A stretch of 64,000 nucleotides of DNA, from contig NC_043003.1 in NCBI RefSeq assembly GCF_006345805.1, positions 8,060,001-8,124,000 of the forward strand, read 5' to 3'. The position numbers were made by a program, and so were the translations under genes. Every line of letters begins with the position of its first letter. The stretch's first letter is position 1. Source of the DNA: Octopus sinensis (taxonomy: Eukaryota). This document shows positions 25,623-38,010 of the stretch, one piece after another. The notes below the pieces were generated by a model, which worked only from the letters and a program-made list of their open reading frames with translations, had not been told where the DNA came from and did not search any database.

Positions 25623-26623
25623 CTGTTCTCAGTATTTAAGGAAGCTGACAAATACAAACAAGAAATCATACCACCTAATAAACATGAAGAAGAAGAAAAT
25701 ATGAAGAAACAACAAAAGCTATAAAACAAATGAAATCCAAACTAAAAATAGAACAGCAACGAACCATGATAAAACGATGGCAAGAAAATCCCCTTCATGG
25801 TAAATACTGGACTAAACTAAACGCAAAAGAAATAGACAAAGAAAAATCCCAGCAATGGTTGAGAAGCTCAGGAACAGAGGGATTTTTAATTGCAGCACAA
25901 GACCAAAGCCTCCCCACCAGAAATTACCAAAAACATGTAATGAAAAGAAATATTACAAGTAACTGCAGAATATGTGGAGATGGACAAGAAACAATAAATC
26001 ATATTATCTCTAGCTGCCCAGTCTTGGCTAAGAAGGAATATATTCACAGACATGACAGAGTTGGAACCTACATACATTGGAAGCTATGCCAACATTATGG
26101 AATAACAACAGAAAAAGATGGTATAGGCACACACCAGAAAAGGTCACAGAAAACGAGAAAGCAACCATACTCTGGATGTGCCGATACACACAGATAGAGA
26201 AATTAAGGCCAACAGACCAGATATAGTTGTCAGAGATCATGAAGAAAAAAAAATGCTTTCTAATTGATGTATCAATACCGGCAGATGACAACGTGTCTCT
26301 AAAAGAAATGGAGAAACTCTCAAAATACAAAGACCTGGAAATAGAGGTAACTAGAATGTGGAATCTGAAAACAGAAACAATTCCTATCATAGTAGGTGCA
26401 TTAGGCATGATAAAAAAATATTCAGACAAATACATAACAAAAACACCAGGACTTACAAACACATATAACATACAGAAAATTGCACTACTAGGCACTGCAC
26501 ACATCCTACGCAGAACACTTTCCATACAATAACCATCAGAGCATCACAACATCACAGCACATACCCAAGGCACACAGAGCTGCGCTCGTAGTGAAGTGAA
26601 AGCACGCTATAAAAATAAAACTA

Positions 26624-26627
<4 letters not shown>
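25621..26627 (+). mobile_element. 5'-truncated R4/Dong-clade LINE (family 2): CCHC knuckle plus restriction-like endonuclease, frameshifted
   Basis: ORFs 25730-26197 and 26227-26532: CRICGDGQETINHIISSC (CCHC), RHDRVG, RPDIVV..LIDVSIP..EKLSKYKDL (PD..D..K RLE), ALLGTAHILRRTLS; (TAA)n on both flanks, the known Dong target. Confidence 0.92.
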
Positions 26628-26708
<81 letters not shown>

Positions 26709-26750
26709 ACGATGATGATGATGATAATAATAATAACAACAACAACAACT
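26628..26750. repeat. (TAA)n/(TGA)n/(CAA)n microsatellite
   Basis: Direct reading. Confidence 0.95.
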
Positions 26751-27224
26751 ATAAAAGGAGTGAAATAGAATCAATGCATGTGTTTATTTTTGGCACACTG
26801 GCCTTCCCAAGATATAACAAAATATGTTTCAAAAGAATTCACATAAAAAATTTGCATATCAAATACAAAACGAAGGATGTGCGGTTATGCAAAAGATGAA
26901 TATGTTGAGAGAAGTGAAAACGGAACCCGGTGAAAAGCACATTGGAAGGGTGCCAATAGCTGCAGTGAGGTGAGAAAAATGTTATGGCATGACATGAATT
27001 AAGCAATGACAATAAATTGATGGTAAGAATGCGTCAAGTAGAGTGATGCAGCGAATACAGAATGTTCCCAAGCAAATAAACTCATAAAAATGCTGAGGTA
27101 CCTTGTTGTGTGAAAGAAACAAGAATTGCTTTGATTTGCACTGGAAAATGAGCTAATTTCGGGGATGAAAATAAGAGAAGGCAGTAAGTGAACTGTAAGA
27201 AGAAGGAAATTGGCACTCCGTCGA

Positions 27225-27520
27225 TTACGACGAAGCGAGTTCCAGCTGATGCGATCAACGGAAAAGCCTGATTGCAAAATTAACGTGAACGTGGCTGAGT
27301 ACTCCACAGACACGTGTGCCCTTGGCGTAGTTCTCAGCGTGACACGGAATGTGAGAATGGTGTCTCTTTGAATTACTGCTGCAACTCATTTTTGCCAAGC
27401 AAGTGAAGTAGAACAAGGTGAAATAAAGTGCCTTGCACAAGGATGCAATGCGCCACCGAGAATCGAACTCGCGATCTAAGGAGTGTGAGCCGAACGCCCT
27501 AACCACTGAGACACGTACCT
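27225..27520 (-). mobile_element. SINE family D
   Basis: Reverse complement is collinear with 19072-19405. Confidence 0.7.
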
Positions 27521-27688
27521 TCACTGAGGGGGAATTGACTTACGTGGTCGAGCATAAGAGTAGATTTTAATATATAGTTAATGAGAGAGACAGAGAGATA
27601 GAGAAAGAGAGAGAAAGAAAGAGATAGTGAGACAAAGAGAAAAAGAGAGAGAGAAATAGGGGGAAGAGATAGATAGAGAGAGAGAGAG

Positions 27689-27729
<41 letters not shown>

Positions 27730-29022
27730 TGTGTGCGTGTGTGAGGAATCAAACCATGACAAATAAGGAAAGTTTAGTTCGTCGGACAAATGGTCGCCTG
27801 TGTCATAATATATAATCCCTCATTTGATAAACCAATGACGTGCTCAGGCAGTCAGCCAAACAGAAGAGAAAGCCACAGACAAAAAAAATAAAGCAACTGA
27901 CGTCATTGAGTTAGGAAGCAAAAAGGATTGAAACCGATATCTTAAAACTTACATATACAAAGTAATATCGAATTCAAACAGTTCAACATTTCACTAGTAA
28001 CACGACGGATTTTCTTTTGTACTCTCTGAATAAGCGTGAAAATAGTCACTGTTTTTGCTTTTACAAAATTAACTTCATCGTATATAATTGCTAATATAAT
28101 TTATTGCTTTGAAACCTTCTGAACTCTCAGTCATGTATCATTGCTATTATTAAATATATCGAGCATTAGAACTTTTACCATATCCTATAGCAGTGAAATT
28201 TGTTGAATATTTGACTTCGTCTGGGCATTTGTATTTTTGTGTATATTTTACTGTTTTGGAATATTCTCTTGTACATTCAGCTCTTTGAAACATTTATGTT
28301 GCATGTTTTTTTTATTTATCATCGCAAAAGAAAGCAAAAATGTTGAAAACCGGTTTGGGATTTTAATAAATTCGTAAACAATTTTAAAACTATCACACTT
28401 TTTAAGATCCAGGTGCATTTCAACCCAACTAAACCACAATTTATGTGTGTGTGGAGTGTGTGTGTGTAATAATTCATCGTTTAAGAAACGACTCAGCACA
28501 ATAGTTGGCGTTCTTCTAATAATGTGTTTATTATTGGTCAATGTAGAGAAAAATGGTACATTGAATATTGCTAATCTGAAGTTGTAAAAGCAAGTTATTT
28601 TAAGCTAACTCAAGTCATTTGTTTATATTATTAATTTTCTATTTACCTTCGTCGCTTCTCAACGTAATTTCGTTATAAATTTTTCTTTCCGATCTTATCT
28701 TCTATATTAAATTTTCGTTGAAGTACCGTCGATAGTTTGAAGTCTCACCGTCATATATGATTACAACTTAATCCATTTTTCTGCATACATAATCTTGAGC
28801 TGTTCAATGTAATTTATTTTGTTTTGTAATTATCTTTTTACACGTGACCTCTTGCAATACTTCATTGAGCTATTTTAATGACGTCTCTTCCAAAATTTTC
28901 TCTGACATTCTGCAGTCATAACCAATTAGTCTGTTATATATCAATGTGTCTCCACGTAATTTCAATGGTACCACTCAACTCTAAGATATTCTTATGAATG
29001 TGAGATCGTTCACTACTTTTTT

Positions 29023-29416
29023 CTGTGGTAAGTAGCTTGCTTACGAACCACATGGTTCCGAGTTCAGTCCCACTGCGTGGAACCTTGGGCAAGTGTCTTC
29101 TACTATAGCCTCCGGGCCGACCAAAGCCATGTGAGTGGATTTGGTAGATGGAAACTCAAAGAAACCCGTTGCATATATGTATATATATGTATGTATGTGC
29201 GCGTATATGTTTGTACGTCTGTGTTTGTCCAGCCCCGTCCCAAACATCGCTTGACAACCTATGCTGGTGTGTTTACGTCCCCGTAACTTAGCGGTTCGGC
29301 AAAAGAGAGCGATAGAATAAGTACTAGGCTTACAAAGAATAAGTCCTGGGGTCGATTTGCTCGACTAAAGGCGGTGCTCCAGCGTGGCCACAGTCAAATG
29401 ACTGAAACAAGTAAAA
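29023..29416 (+). mobile_element. SINE family C, near full length
   Basis: Collinear with 9026-9404. Confidence 0.85.
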
Positions 29417-30554
29417 AAACTTTTCTTTTATTCTTAACTATATAGAGCAGAATTCTGTATGCCTGAAAAAGTCGTCTCCTACGATTATGCCTCTATTTAT
29501 GATGCTTGTAACCACTGAGATAACGTCGTATATGTTTGTTTGAGAGTCATTCATATTGGTCTAGCTAGTTGGGGCAGGGTGGACTCCAGATTACACCGAG
29601 CAGCAATTTAGTTTGGGGATCTAATTTGCATATTTCTCTTGCTCACAATGCAAGGTGTGCGACTTTACAAAGATGTTACGCATCAAGCTGGTATTTAAAC
29701 CTAATTGGTATATCTTATTGACACCGAATCAGTAACAGTAAAATGTGATGCCGACATTATTTGAATTCAGAGCAAAGAGATTCAGAACAATACCATCAGA
29801 TATTATTTCCGGCATTCAAACGATTTGCTGGAAAATGCCTGAATTGTTAGGTTATGTAGTGTCACCTGATGTCGTCAGATGATGTAATGGTTGATTTGTT
29901 GATCTCATCCTTTGAGAAGCAGAAATCTTAAGCAGATGCGAGATCACAGCAATTCGATGCTAAAGTATGCGATGGCAACTCAGTCGATGTATATTTATTT
30001 TTAGTGTAAACAGAGCGTGCGATATTGAAACCAATATAATATAAGCACCTATAGCTGACTTCAACGTTATACGCATCAAAGAGTTTCTATACTACCAATG
30101 GATGTCTGGGAAGATCTGTCATATCAAGTACAGGAATATAATAGCTACATTAGTGAGTACTTCTTTCCGGAAGGAGGATTGTATCAGATTGCCTTTCTTT
30201 TTCTGACTCTCTTCAGGTTTGGGGGTTGGGTGGGGCAACATATAGACTAAACTATCAGAAAAGTCCATTGCTCATCATGCTATTTCTTTCAGTTTATCAA
30301 ACTGAAAATTCTGTTACTGATACCTCAAATAGCAACTGGTTGTGAAGTTCCTCTGGATGTAAAGAATTACCTAATTTGTCTTTCTGAAGAGATATATTAT
30401 GCCTGTATTGCGGGCCAGAATGACATGTAGGACGTCGACCATGGTAATTTATTGATAAGGGATATACTCGGGCCGAATCCGTTAACAGCCATTTAGGTTA
30501 GAAGCTGTGAAAGAGCAATAATAATAACAATAATAATAACTTTATTGTTATTAT

Positions 30555-30673
30555 TCACTCGTAACACAGTGTAGGTAAAAATGACCGGAGTCTTTAGTCG
30601 TCTGTCAAGTCACAACAAGGACTCCAGACAGATAATACTTTCCTTAACATGTGCGCTGTACCCAATAAGGCTG
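30555..30673 (-). mobile_element. 3' end of an R4/Dong-type LINE (last codons plus 3' UTR) fused to a 5S head
   Basis: Minus strand translates to SALLGTAHMLRKVLSV, versus IALLGTAHILRRTLSI at the end of the Dong ORF at 26480-26532; ends in ataataa repeats. Confidence 0.75.
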
Positions 30674-30682
30674 AAGTGTGAG

Positions 30683-30800
30683 ACGCTTACAGCACCTAGG
30701 TTTCCCAAGCGGTCACCCATCTAAATATTCACTACGCTCGATGTTGCTTAACGTTGGTGATCTGACGAGAACCGGAACTTTGAACGTGATATGGTCGTTT
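30683..30800 (-). pseudogene. 5S rRNA-derived sequence (near full length, diverged)
   Basis: Minus strand aacgaccatatcacgttc..ccggttctcgtcagatcacc..gttaagcaacatcgagc..ttagatgggtgaccgcttgggaa..ggtgctgtaagc follows the metazoan 5S consensus, with recognisable box A and box C. Confidence 0.9.
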
Positions 30801-31903
30801 ATTATCATTATTGTTATTTTCGTTATATAATTTCAGAAACTTGAAAGCATATTTCTGAAAATTACGCTTTCGGGAGTTCTTATGCGCATCTGTCAATAAT
30901 AGACTAGAATGGGTTTCTTTTACGTAATATTTTTCATAAATATTTTAATGTGTAGCATGAAAATGAAATTACATCTATGCAATCTATTGTTTATTTGGTG
31001 AATAAAGGGGAAAAAACGTTATAAATTTGTAGTTTCGGTGCTTGCATGTTGATCATACATGGTGTGCTGTGTTTATTAAATGCGATACTTTGCTTTCATT
31101 AACGTAATATGCATTTTTAAAATTTATTATCTAGATATATAGTCTTTATTAACACTGACAGCATTTCTATAATTCTATTAAGTTGACATGGATACATAAC
31201 TTTTACGATTAAACTCTAATTCTATTGTTTGAAGAGTTAACAATTAATAAAATAAAGACGACAATATGTAACCACATGCAAACTACGTACAATATACGAC
31301 CGGCCATATGAAATATAATTACAAACACACAAAAGCGAAATCATGGAAAACATTTCGTAATGAAAATTTACGAGTAAATGCGTAATATAAATATGAATTT
31401 CAAATTAAATTTGATTTCATTTCGTTAATATTTTGTATGGGGTTTCTACATAGGATAATTTTCTCTTCGATGTGTTTTATTTGGTAATTTCGATTTAAAT
31501 CAAACAATATAGAATAGAGATTACACGATAATGCATTCCCATTTAGATTATCATAATATGATCCAAAGAATTTATTAAAACCATAGGGATATATCAAATC
31601 ATATGTGATAGAGTTTAAAGTGTCGCCAATGCTTTTAGATTTCCAATTTACTCTAAAAACGAGAATAAAATAGACATTTATTTTCCATGATATAAACTAA
31701 ACTAAATTGATGAAATAAATTTTCTGCTAAACAACTATTACCACTATGGTTATAACTGACTGTTATCTGCTGTTCTACCATCATCCCGCTGCAACTGAAT
31801 CTTCAATATTTCTATGACTCTTATTCTGGGCAGCAACTTCCGTCTCTTTTCTTCCTTTTTATTCATGATCTATACTTTCAACGTAGCAATGGTATTTCAA
31901 CTG

Positions 31904-32516
31904 AAGGCGGCGAGCTGGCAGAAACGTTAGCACGCCGGGCGAAATGCTTAGCGGTATTTCGTCCACCGTTACGTTCTGAGTTCAAATTCCGCCGGGATCG
32001 ACTTTGCCTTTCATCCTTTCGGGGTCGATTAAATAAGTACCAGTTACGCACTGGGGTTGATGTAATCGATTTAATCCGTTTGTCTGTCCTTGTTTGTCCT
32101 CTCTGTGTTTAGCTCCTTGTGGGTAGTAAAGAAATATGTATTTCGTCTGCTGCTACGTTCTGAGTTCAAATTCCGCCGAGGTCACCATTGCCTTTCATCC
32201 TTTCGGGATCGATTAAATAAGTACCAGTTACGCACTGGGGTCGATGTAATCGACTCACCCTTGTTTGTCCTTGTTTGTCCTTTCTATGTTTAGCCCCTTG
32301 TGGGCAATAAAGAAATAAGAAACGTTAGCAAGCCGGGCGTAACGCTTAGTGGTATTTCGTCTGTCTGTATGTTCTGAGTTCAAATTCCGCCGAGGTCTAC
32401 TTTGCCTTTCATCCTTTCGGGGTCGATAAATCAACTACCTGTTGCGTACTGGGGTCAATCTAATCGACTGGCACCCTGCCCCAAAATTTCGGGCCTTGTG
32501 CCTAGAGTAGATAAGA
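31904..32516 (+). mobile_element. Head-to-tail SINE trimer (B, headless B, headless A)
   Basis: Three body copies; junctions agaaata|tgtatttcgtc (about 32128) and agaaata|agaaacgttagc (about 32317). Confidence 0.85.
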
Positions 32517-32534
32517 AAGCTATCTCAATCGAAG

Positions 32535-32845
32535 GCGCTCGGCTTAGTGGTTTGGGTATTCGGCTCCCGATCGTAAAGCCTTGAGTTCGATTCCCAGTGG
32601 TACATCTTGTCCTTGTGCAAGACACTTTATTTCACGTTGCTCCACTCCACTCACTTCACAAAAATGAGCTAGAACTGTATTTCAAAGAGTCACTCTTGTC
32701 ACATTCTTCATCATGCCGAATCTCCCAGGGAACTACATTAAATGTACGCGCGTCTGTGGAATATTCAGCTAACTTCACGTTTACTTCACGAGCAAACTAT
32801 TCCCTTCATTAGATTAAACTGGGACCCTTGTCATTGTAACTGTCA
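32535..32845 (+). mobile_element. SINE family D, degenerate
   Basis: Head ggcttagtggtt...gagttcgattccc; body as in other D copies. Confidence 0.65.
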
Positions 32846-33164
32846 GAGTGTCAGTTAAGTTAGTTCACGTATTTACGTAACGCGAGGTTAATTATCTGTC
32901 CTAATAAAAACCCACCCTGTCAATACTTTTTCTTCAATTAATATAAAATTGCTAGAGGGGTAAATTTTAGCGAAATTGCAAAGACAATTAGCATATTACT
33001 TTATGTAACAGTCTGAGGAGTTGGTTTTGCTCTGCTTCGTCAAGGGAAAATTACACAGTGCTTGGAAAATGACCAGTAATCACTTATGGGGAAACGGCGT
33101 TATTGATTATAATGGAATGCTACGAAACAACTGTAAACTGAGCAATAAATGTAATTTTTAACTC

Positions 33165-33199
<35 letters not shown>

Positions 33200-33487
33200 T
33201 ATATATATGTGGTGTGTGTGTGGTGTGTGTGGTGTGTGTGTGTGTTTGTGTATGTGTGTGTTTGTAAGTATATATATACCTACCTACATACATACATATA
33301 TATGCGTGTGTGTGTGTGTACTGCATCATGGCATTTATTATTAAAACAATACATTTATTTTTATTATTATTATTATATTATTATTATTATTATTATTATT
33401 TTCAGTTGCATCTCCTTTCAGCTCTGTTTCCATTTTTGCCGAGTGTCTTCTTCGGACCTAGGACAGAGAAACGCACTGTATGCATTG

Positions 33488-33571
33488 GTATTATTATTAT
33501 TATTATCATTATTATTATTATCATCATTATTATTATTATTGTCATTATTATTATTATCATTATTATTATTA

Positions 33572-33650
<79 letters not shown>

Positions 33651-33703
33651 CATTATTATTATTATTATCATTATTATTATTATCATCATCATTATTATTA
33701 TTA

Positions 33704-33770
<67 letters not shown>

Positions 33771-33808
33771 CATTATTATTATTATTATTATTATTATCAT
33801 TATCATAT
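33488..33808. repeat. Long (ATT/ATC)n microsatellite
   Basis: Direct reading; source of the poly-I/L/Y pseudo-ORFs. Confidence 0.95.
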
Positions 33809-34244
33809 TTTCACTACGAAACATATAATGTACGTAATACTCTGTTCACAGTTACTCTGTCAACAAACAGAAATCTACTAATCCAAAGAGATTAATTTCT
33901 ATAAACACAGTTAATCCCCTCGTTTAGGATTTCCTTCTTCATATCTGCTGACTTTACTTCCGTTATTCATTTTGTTAGTCTCTTTCTGCATTATCCATTC
34001 ATTTGTATTCTTCACTTTCAAAAGAATTAACCGTCTTCCTTGTATTAAGTACAGCACCAACATGAGCCTCGAGAAAGATTCTGTATATATTCTAGAATTT
34101 TCAAACTGAACCGATCAATTTAAACACTATCTTAGCAATTAATCTGTACATCTGCTAGTTTCCCGAACAAATGGACATACGTAAATTCTGCCTTTTCCGC
34201 CATGGAACAGGAAAAACTAACGCAAAATTACATAGCTTTACACA

Positions 34245-34576
34245 ACCCATATATACATACGCACACTCGCATACACACACACACAAACACACACATATAT
34301 ATATACATTTATGCATATATGCACACACACACACATGTATGTACGTATATGTATACATATATATATATACAATATATATATATATACATATATATATATA
34401 TCTATGTACATATACACATATGTATATATATATATATCTATATATACATATCTATATACATATATGTATATATGCACATACACATGTATGTATATATACA
34501 TACACACACATATATGTATGTTTGTATGTCTATATATATACATACATACATACATATACATACATACATACATACA

Positions 34577-34629
<53 letters not shown>

Positions 34630-34685
34630 CATACATACATATACATACATACATACATACATACATTACATACATACATACATAC

Positions 34686-34721
<36 letters not shown>

Positions 34722-34735
34722 CATACATACATAAC
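34245..34735. repeat. (TA)/(TACA)/(CA) compound microsatellite
   Basis: Direct reading. Confidence 0.9.
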
Positions 34736-35043
34736 TTTTAATAATTTCTCTTAACTGACATCTGTGCTGATATGTTACCAAGTTAATAGCTATTTATTGA
34801 TTACAGACGAAAAATCGGTCTTTCATAGGAAGCTATTGAGGAAAGCAGTTCGCCAAAATAGCTTCTGTATTGAATCGAAACTGATGTTGGAGATAAGTAG
34901 TCGCTGCATTCCAAGATAGTCTGCGACTTCATTTTCAACGCTCAGATGACAGTAGGATTAAAGCTAATATATTTACAAATTACTTTCTTATCTCTCTTTC
35001 CCCATTACCACCATTACTAGGATTATGAAGAGGTTATTTAGCC

Positions 35044-35099
<56 letters not shown>

Positions 35100-35269
35100 C
35101 TAACACGCAAACTCACACACACGCACGCATGTATGTATGTATATAGTTATATATGTGTGAGTCTGCATATAAATGTGGGTGTATTATATTGTGCGCTGAC
35201 TGTGACTATAGATTTGCGGACGTCTATTATATACATAAGTATATGTGTTTAGACTTATATTCACACACA

Positions 35270-35310
<41 letters not shown>

Positions 35311-35318
35311 GTGTGTGT

Positions 35319-35360
<42 letters not shown>

Positions 35361-35502
35361 TGTGTATGCACGTAACTGACTAGCAGAAATTAAAATTACG
35401 CGCACACACACGTGTATATAATACACAAATACATATACAGTTATATCTATCTAACTGTCCGTCTGTCTGTCTGTCTGTGTATCTCTCTCTCTCTCTCTGT
35501 AT

Positions 35503-35578
<76 letters not shown>

Positions 35579-35591
35579 TATATAAACTGAT

Positions 35592-35622
<31 letters not shown>

Positions 35623-35984
35623 AGCAACACTAGCTTACTAATCGGAGCATCGCGTGCTGCGAATTGTTTAGGCTCTGTAGAATGAATGGGAAGAGTGGTA
35701 GAAAAGAAGAACCAAATCCGGCCGAAAGTGGTTCTGCGCCTTTCATCTGTTGACATTCGTTAGGTGTTGTGTTTCAAGCGACTCTGTCGGCATTGCTGCA
35801 AGTCAGGAACGGAGGCGCTTCTACACTTAAACCGTTTTCGTTTACAACCACCCACAGATGTTGTTCTTCCTTAACTTCGCTCGACTAATATATATACACA
35901 GTTGTGTTTATTAATCTACAGGTAGTGATACGCCTCTACATGTTCTCATTATGCATACATTGAGTGGTGTGTTTATAGAAACGC

Positions 35985-36425
35985 ATACATACATGCACGC
36001 ACGTATAGCACACACTTACAGACACACACAAATACAAAACACACACACTCACAAATGCAAAACACACACATACAAACACACACAAAGACAAAACACACAA
36101 ATACACATAAATACAAAACACAGACATTCACAAACACACACAAGCACAAGACACACACACACTCACAAATACAAAACACACATAAACACAAAACACACAC
36201 CCACAAACACACACAAATACAAAACATACAGACACACACTCACAAACACACGCAAGCACAAACACACACACAAACACTCACAAATACAAAACACACACAC
36301 ACAAACACTCACAAATACAAAACACACCACACACAAACACACACAATTTCAACACACTCACACTCACATAGACACACACACACACCACGCGCACACAGTC
36401 ACGCTCATATGCACATATACACGCA
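35985..36425. repeat. CA-rich degenerate minisatellite-like block (acaaatacaaaacacacac motifs)
   Basis: Recurring caaatacaaaac units in a (CA)n background. Confidence 0.8.
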
Positions 36426-37027
36426 CGTTTTCTCTAATTAAAGAGGTATCGAAAATATCCTGGAATTATCGTAGAAACAAGAGACAAAAAATCCTGGCGT
36501 ATTTTCTTCCGACTCTTTAGATTCAGGGTTCGAATGTTGCTGCAACCAGCAACATTCCGTCAAATGTAAATAATGTAAATAACAAACTGAAAATGTATTG
36601 TACTTATCTCCCAGCCTCTTCATCAAATTAAGCTTTGATCGTCTGGTATAATGTAAGTGCCAGAAAAAGTGCCAAAATATCCGCGATACGCATTTTATTC
36701 TTCCATTATGAAAACTGTTTTAAAATTGATTTTAAACTTCCGTACATTTTATTTATTTCTAACTCGGTAATGTTTGACGTCGCTTTTAATCTTGTGGTCA
36801 TCGTTTAGGGCAGTAATTCCTTGAAACCTCTGCTTTTGGAATTGATCGTTACCAGTTCAATGAATACTGGATTTATTTTTCAAATCGAGATACTTTTCAC
36901 TATTTTCCAAAATTTCATATCAATGATTTGACAGAATATTGGATTTTCTTTTAAAACTTACTCAACAAAATTTTGCATTATGCGTTCAAATTTTTATTAG
37001 CGTTTAGAGGAATCTACCAATCGATGG

Positions 37028-37339
37028 TGGAGGCACATGACCTAGTGGTTAGAGCAGTGCACTCGCGTCGAAGGATTGCGGGTTCGAATCTCAAACTGGG
37101 CGATGTGTGTGTGTGTTTATGAGCGAAACACCTAAGCTCCACGCGGCTCCGGCAGAAGATAATGGCGAAAATTTCTGCTGACTCTTTTGCCACTACTTTC
37201 TCTCTCTCTTTCCTCCTACAGCTTGCGGCTCACCTGCGACGGACCGGCGCTCCGTCCAGGTGGAGAACGTATACGCCAAGGAAACCGGGAAACCGGCCCT
37301 TATGAGCCAGGCATGGCTCGAGAAGGAACAAGCAACAAC
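37028..37339 (+). mobile_element. tRNA-derived SINE with a V-SINE-like domain, full length
   Basis: Head ggaggcacatgacctagtggttagagc..gggttcgaatctc; collinear with the reverse complement of 23730-24021; (CAA)-like tail. Confidence 0.75.
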
Positions 37340-37815
37340 CAAAATATTCTGTCTTTAGTACCTGCTCTTAAATAGAAAACTATTGAGCATTTTCTATTAT
37401 CTGTTTTTATTTTCTGCGCTGCTTACGATATCAAACTTGGAGGATATAACAAGCTGGCTAACTAAGACGGCCAAATCATTTTCCCTGCTTGCCTGTCGAT
37501 CAATGTCTTTCACAAATGTTTAATTTGTTCTGCTCCTCTGTCCGGTGCCAACTGTGAACAAACGATTTTCAAGAGTATCGCTACTACTCGCTCTGGGAAG
37601 ATGACAAAAAGAAATTTTTTTGGAGGTATCTCTGATAGCTTTTCACATTTAAATGGAACCACTCTCCATATATATATATAAGCATATGTGGGCACATGAC
37701 GTCATGAAACGTATGCAACAAAAGAAAAATACGAAGCACGAGTACATGGAACATGGACTATTCTTTCGAACAACGAAAGACATAAATGGAAAACAAAACG
37801 ATAAAGAACGCCCCC

Positions 37816-37859
<44 letters not shown>

Positions 37860-37955
37860 CATATAAACATATGTATATATATATACAATACCATATAAAC
37901 ATATCTATATAGTGTATACACATACATGCACACACAAACACACACACACACACAC

Positions 37956-38010
<55 letters not shown>

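Noticed and set aside
27830-27910. CCAAT plus TGACGT/TGACGTCA (CRE-like) motifs
   Set aside because: Short motifs expected by chance; no linked gene or TSS evidence.
30100-30160. ATG..MDVWEDLSYQVQEYNSYI followed by gtgagt
   Set aside because: A good donor, but short, with no homology and no supporting exons; compatible with chance.
35640-35900. Locally CpG-richer unique segment, possible promoter or 5' exon
   Set aside because: Composition alone is insufficient evidence.
37028-37100. tRNA-like sequences here and at other SINE heads
   Set aside because: They are SINE heads without a complete cloverleaf, so no tRNA gene was called.
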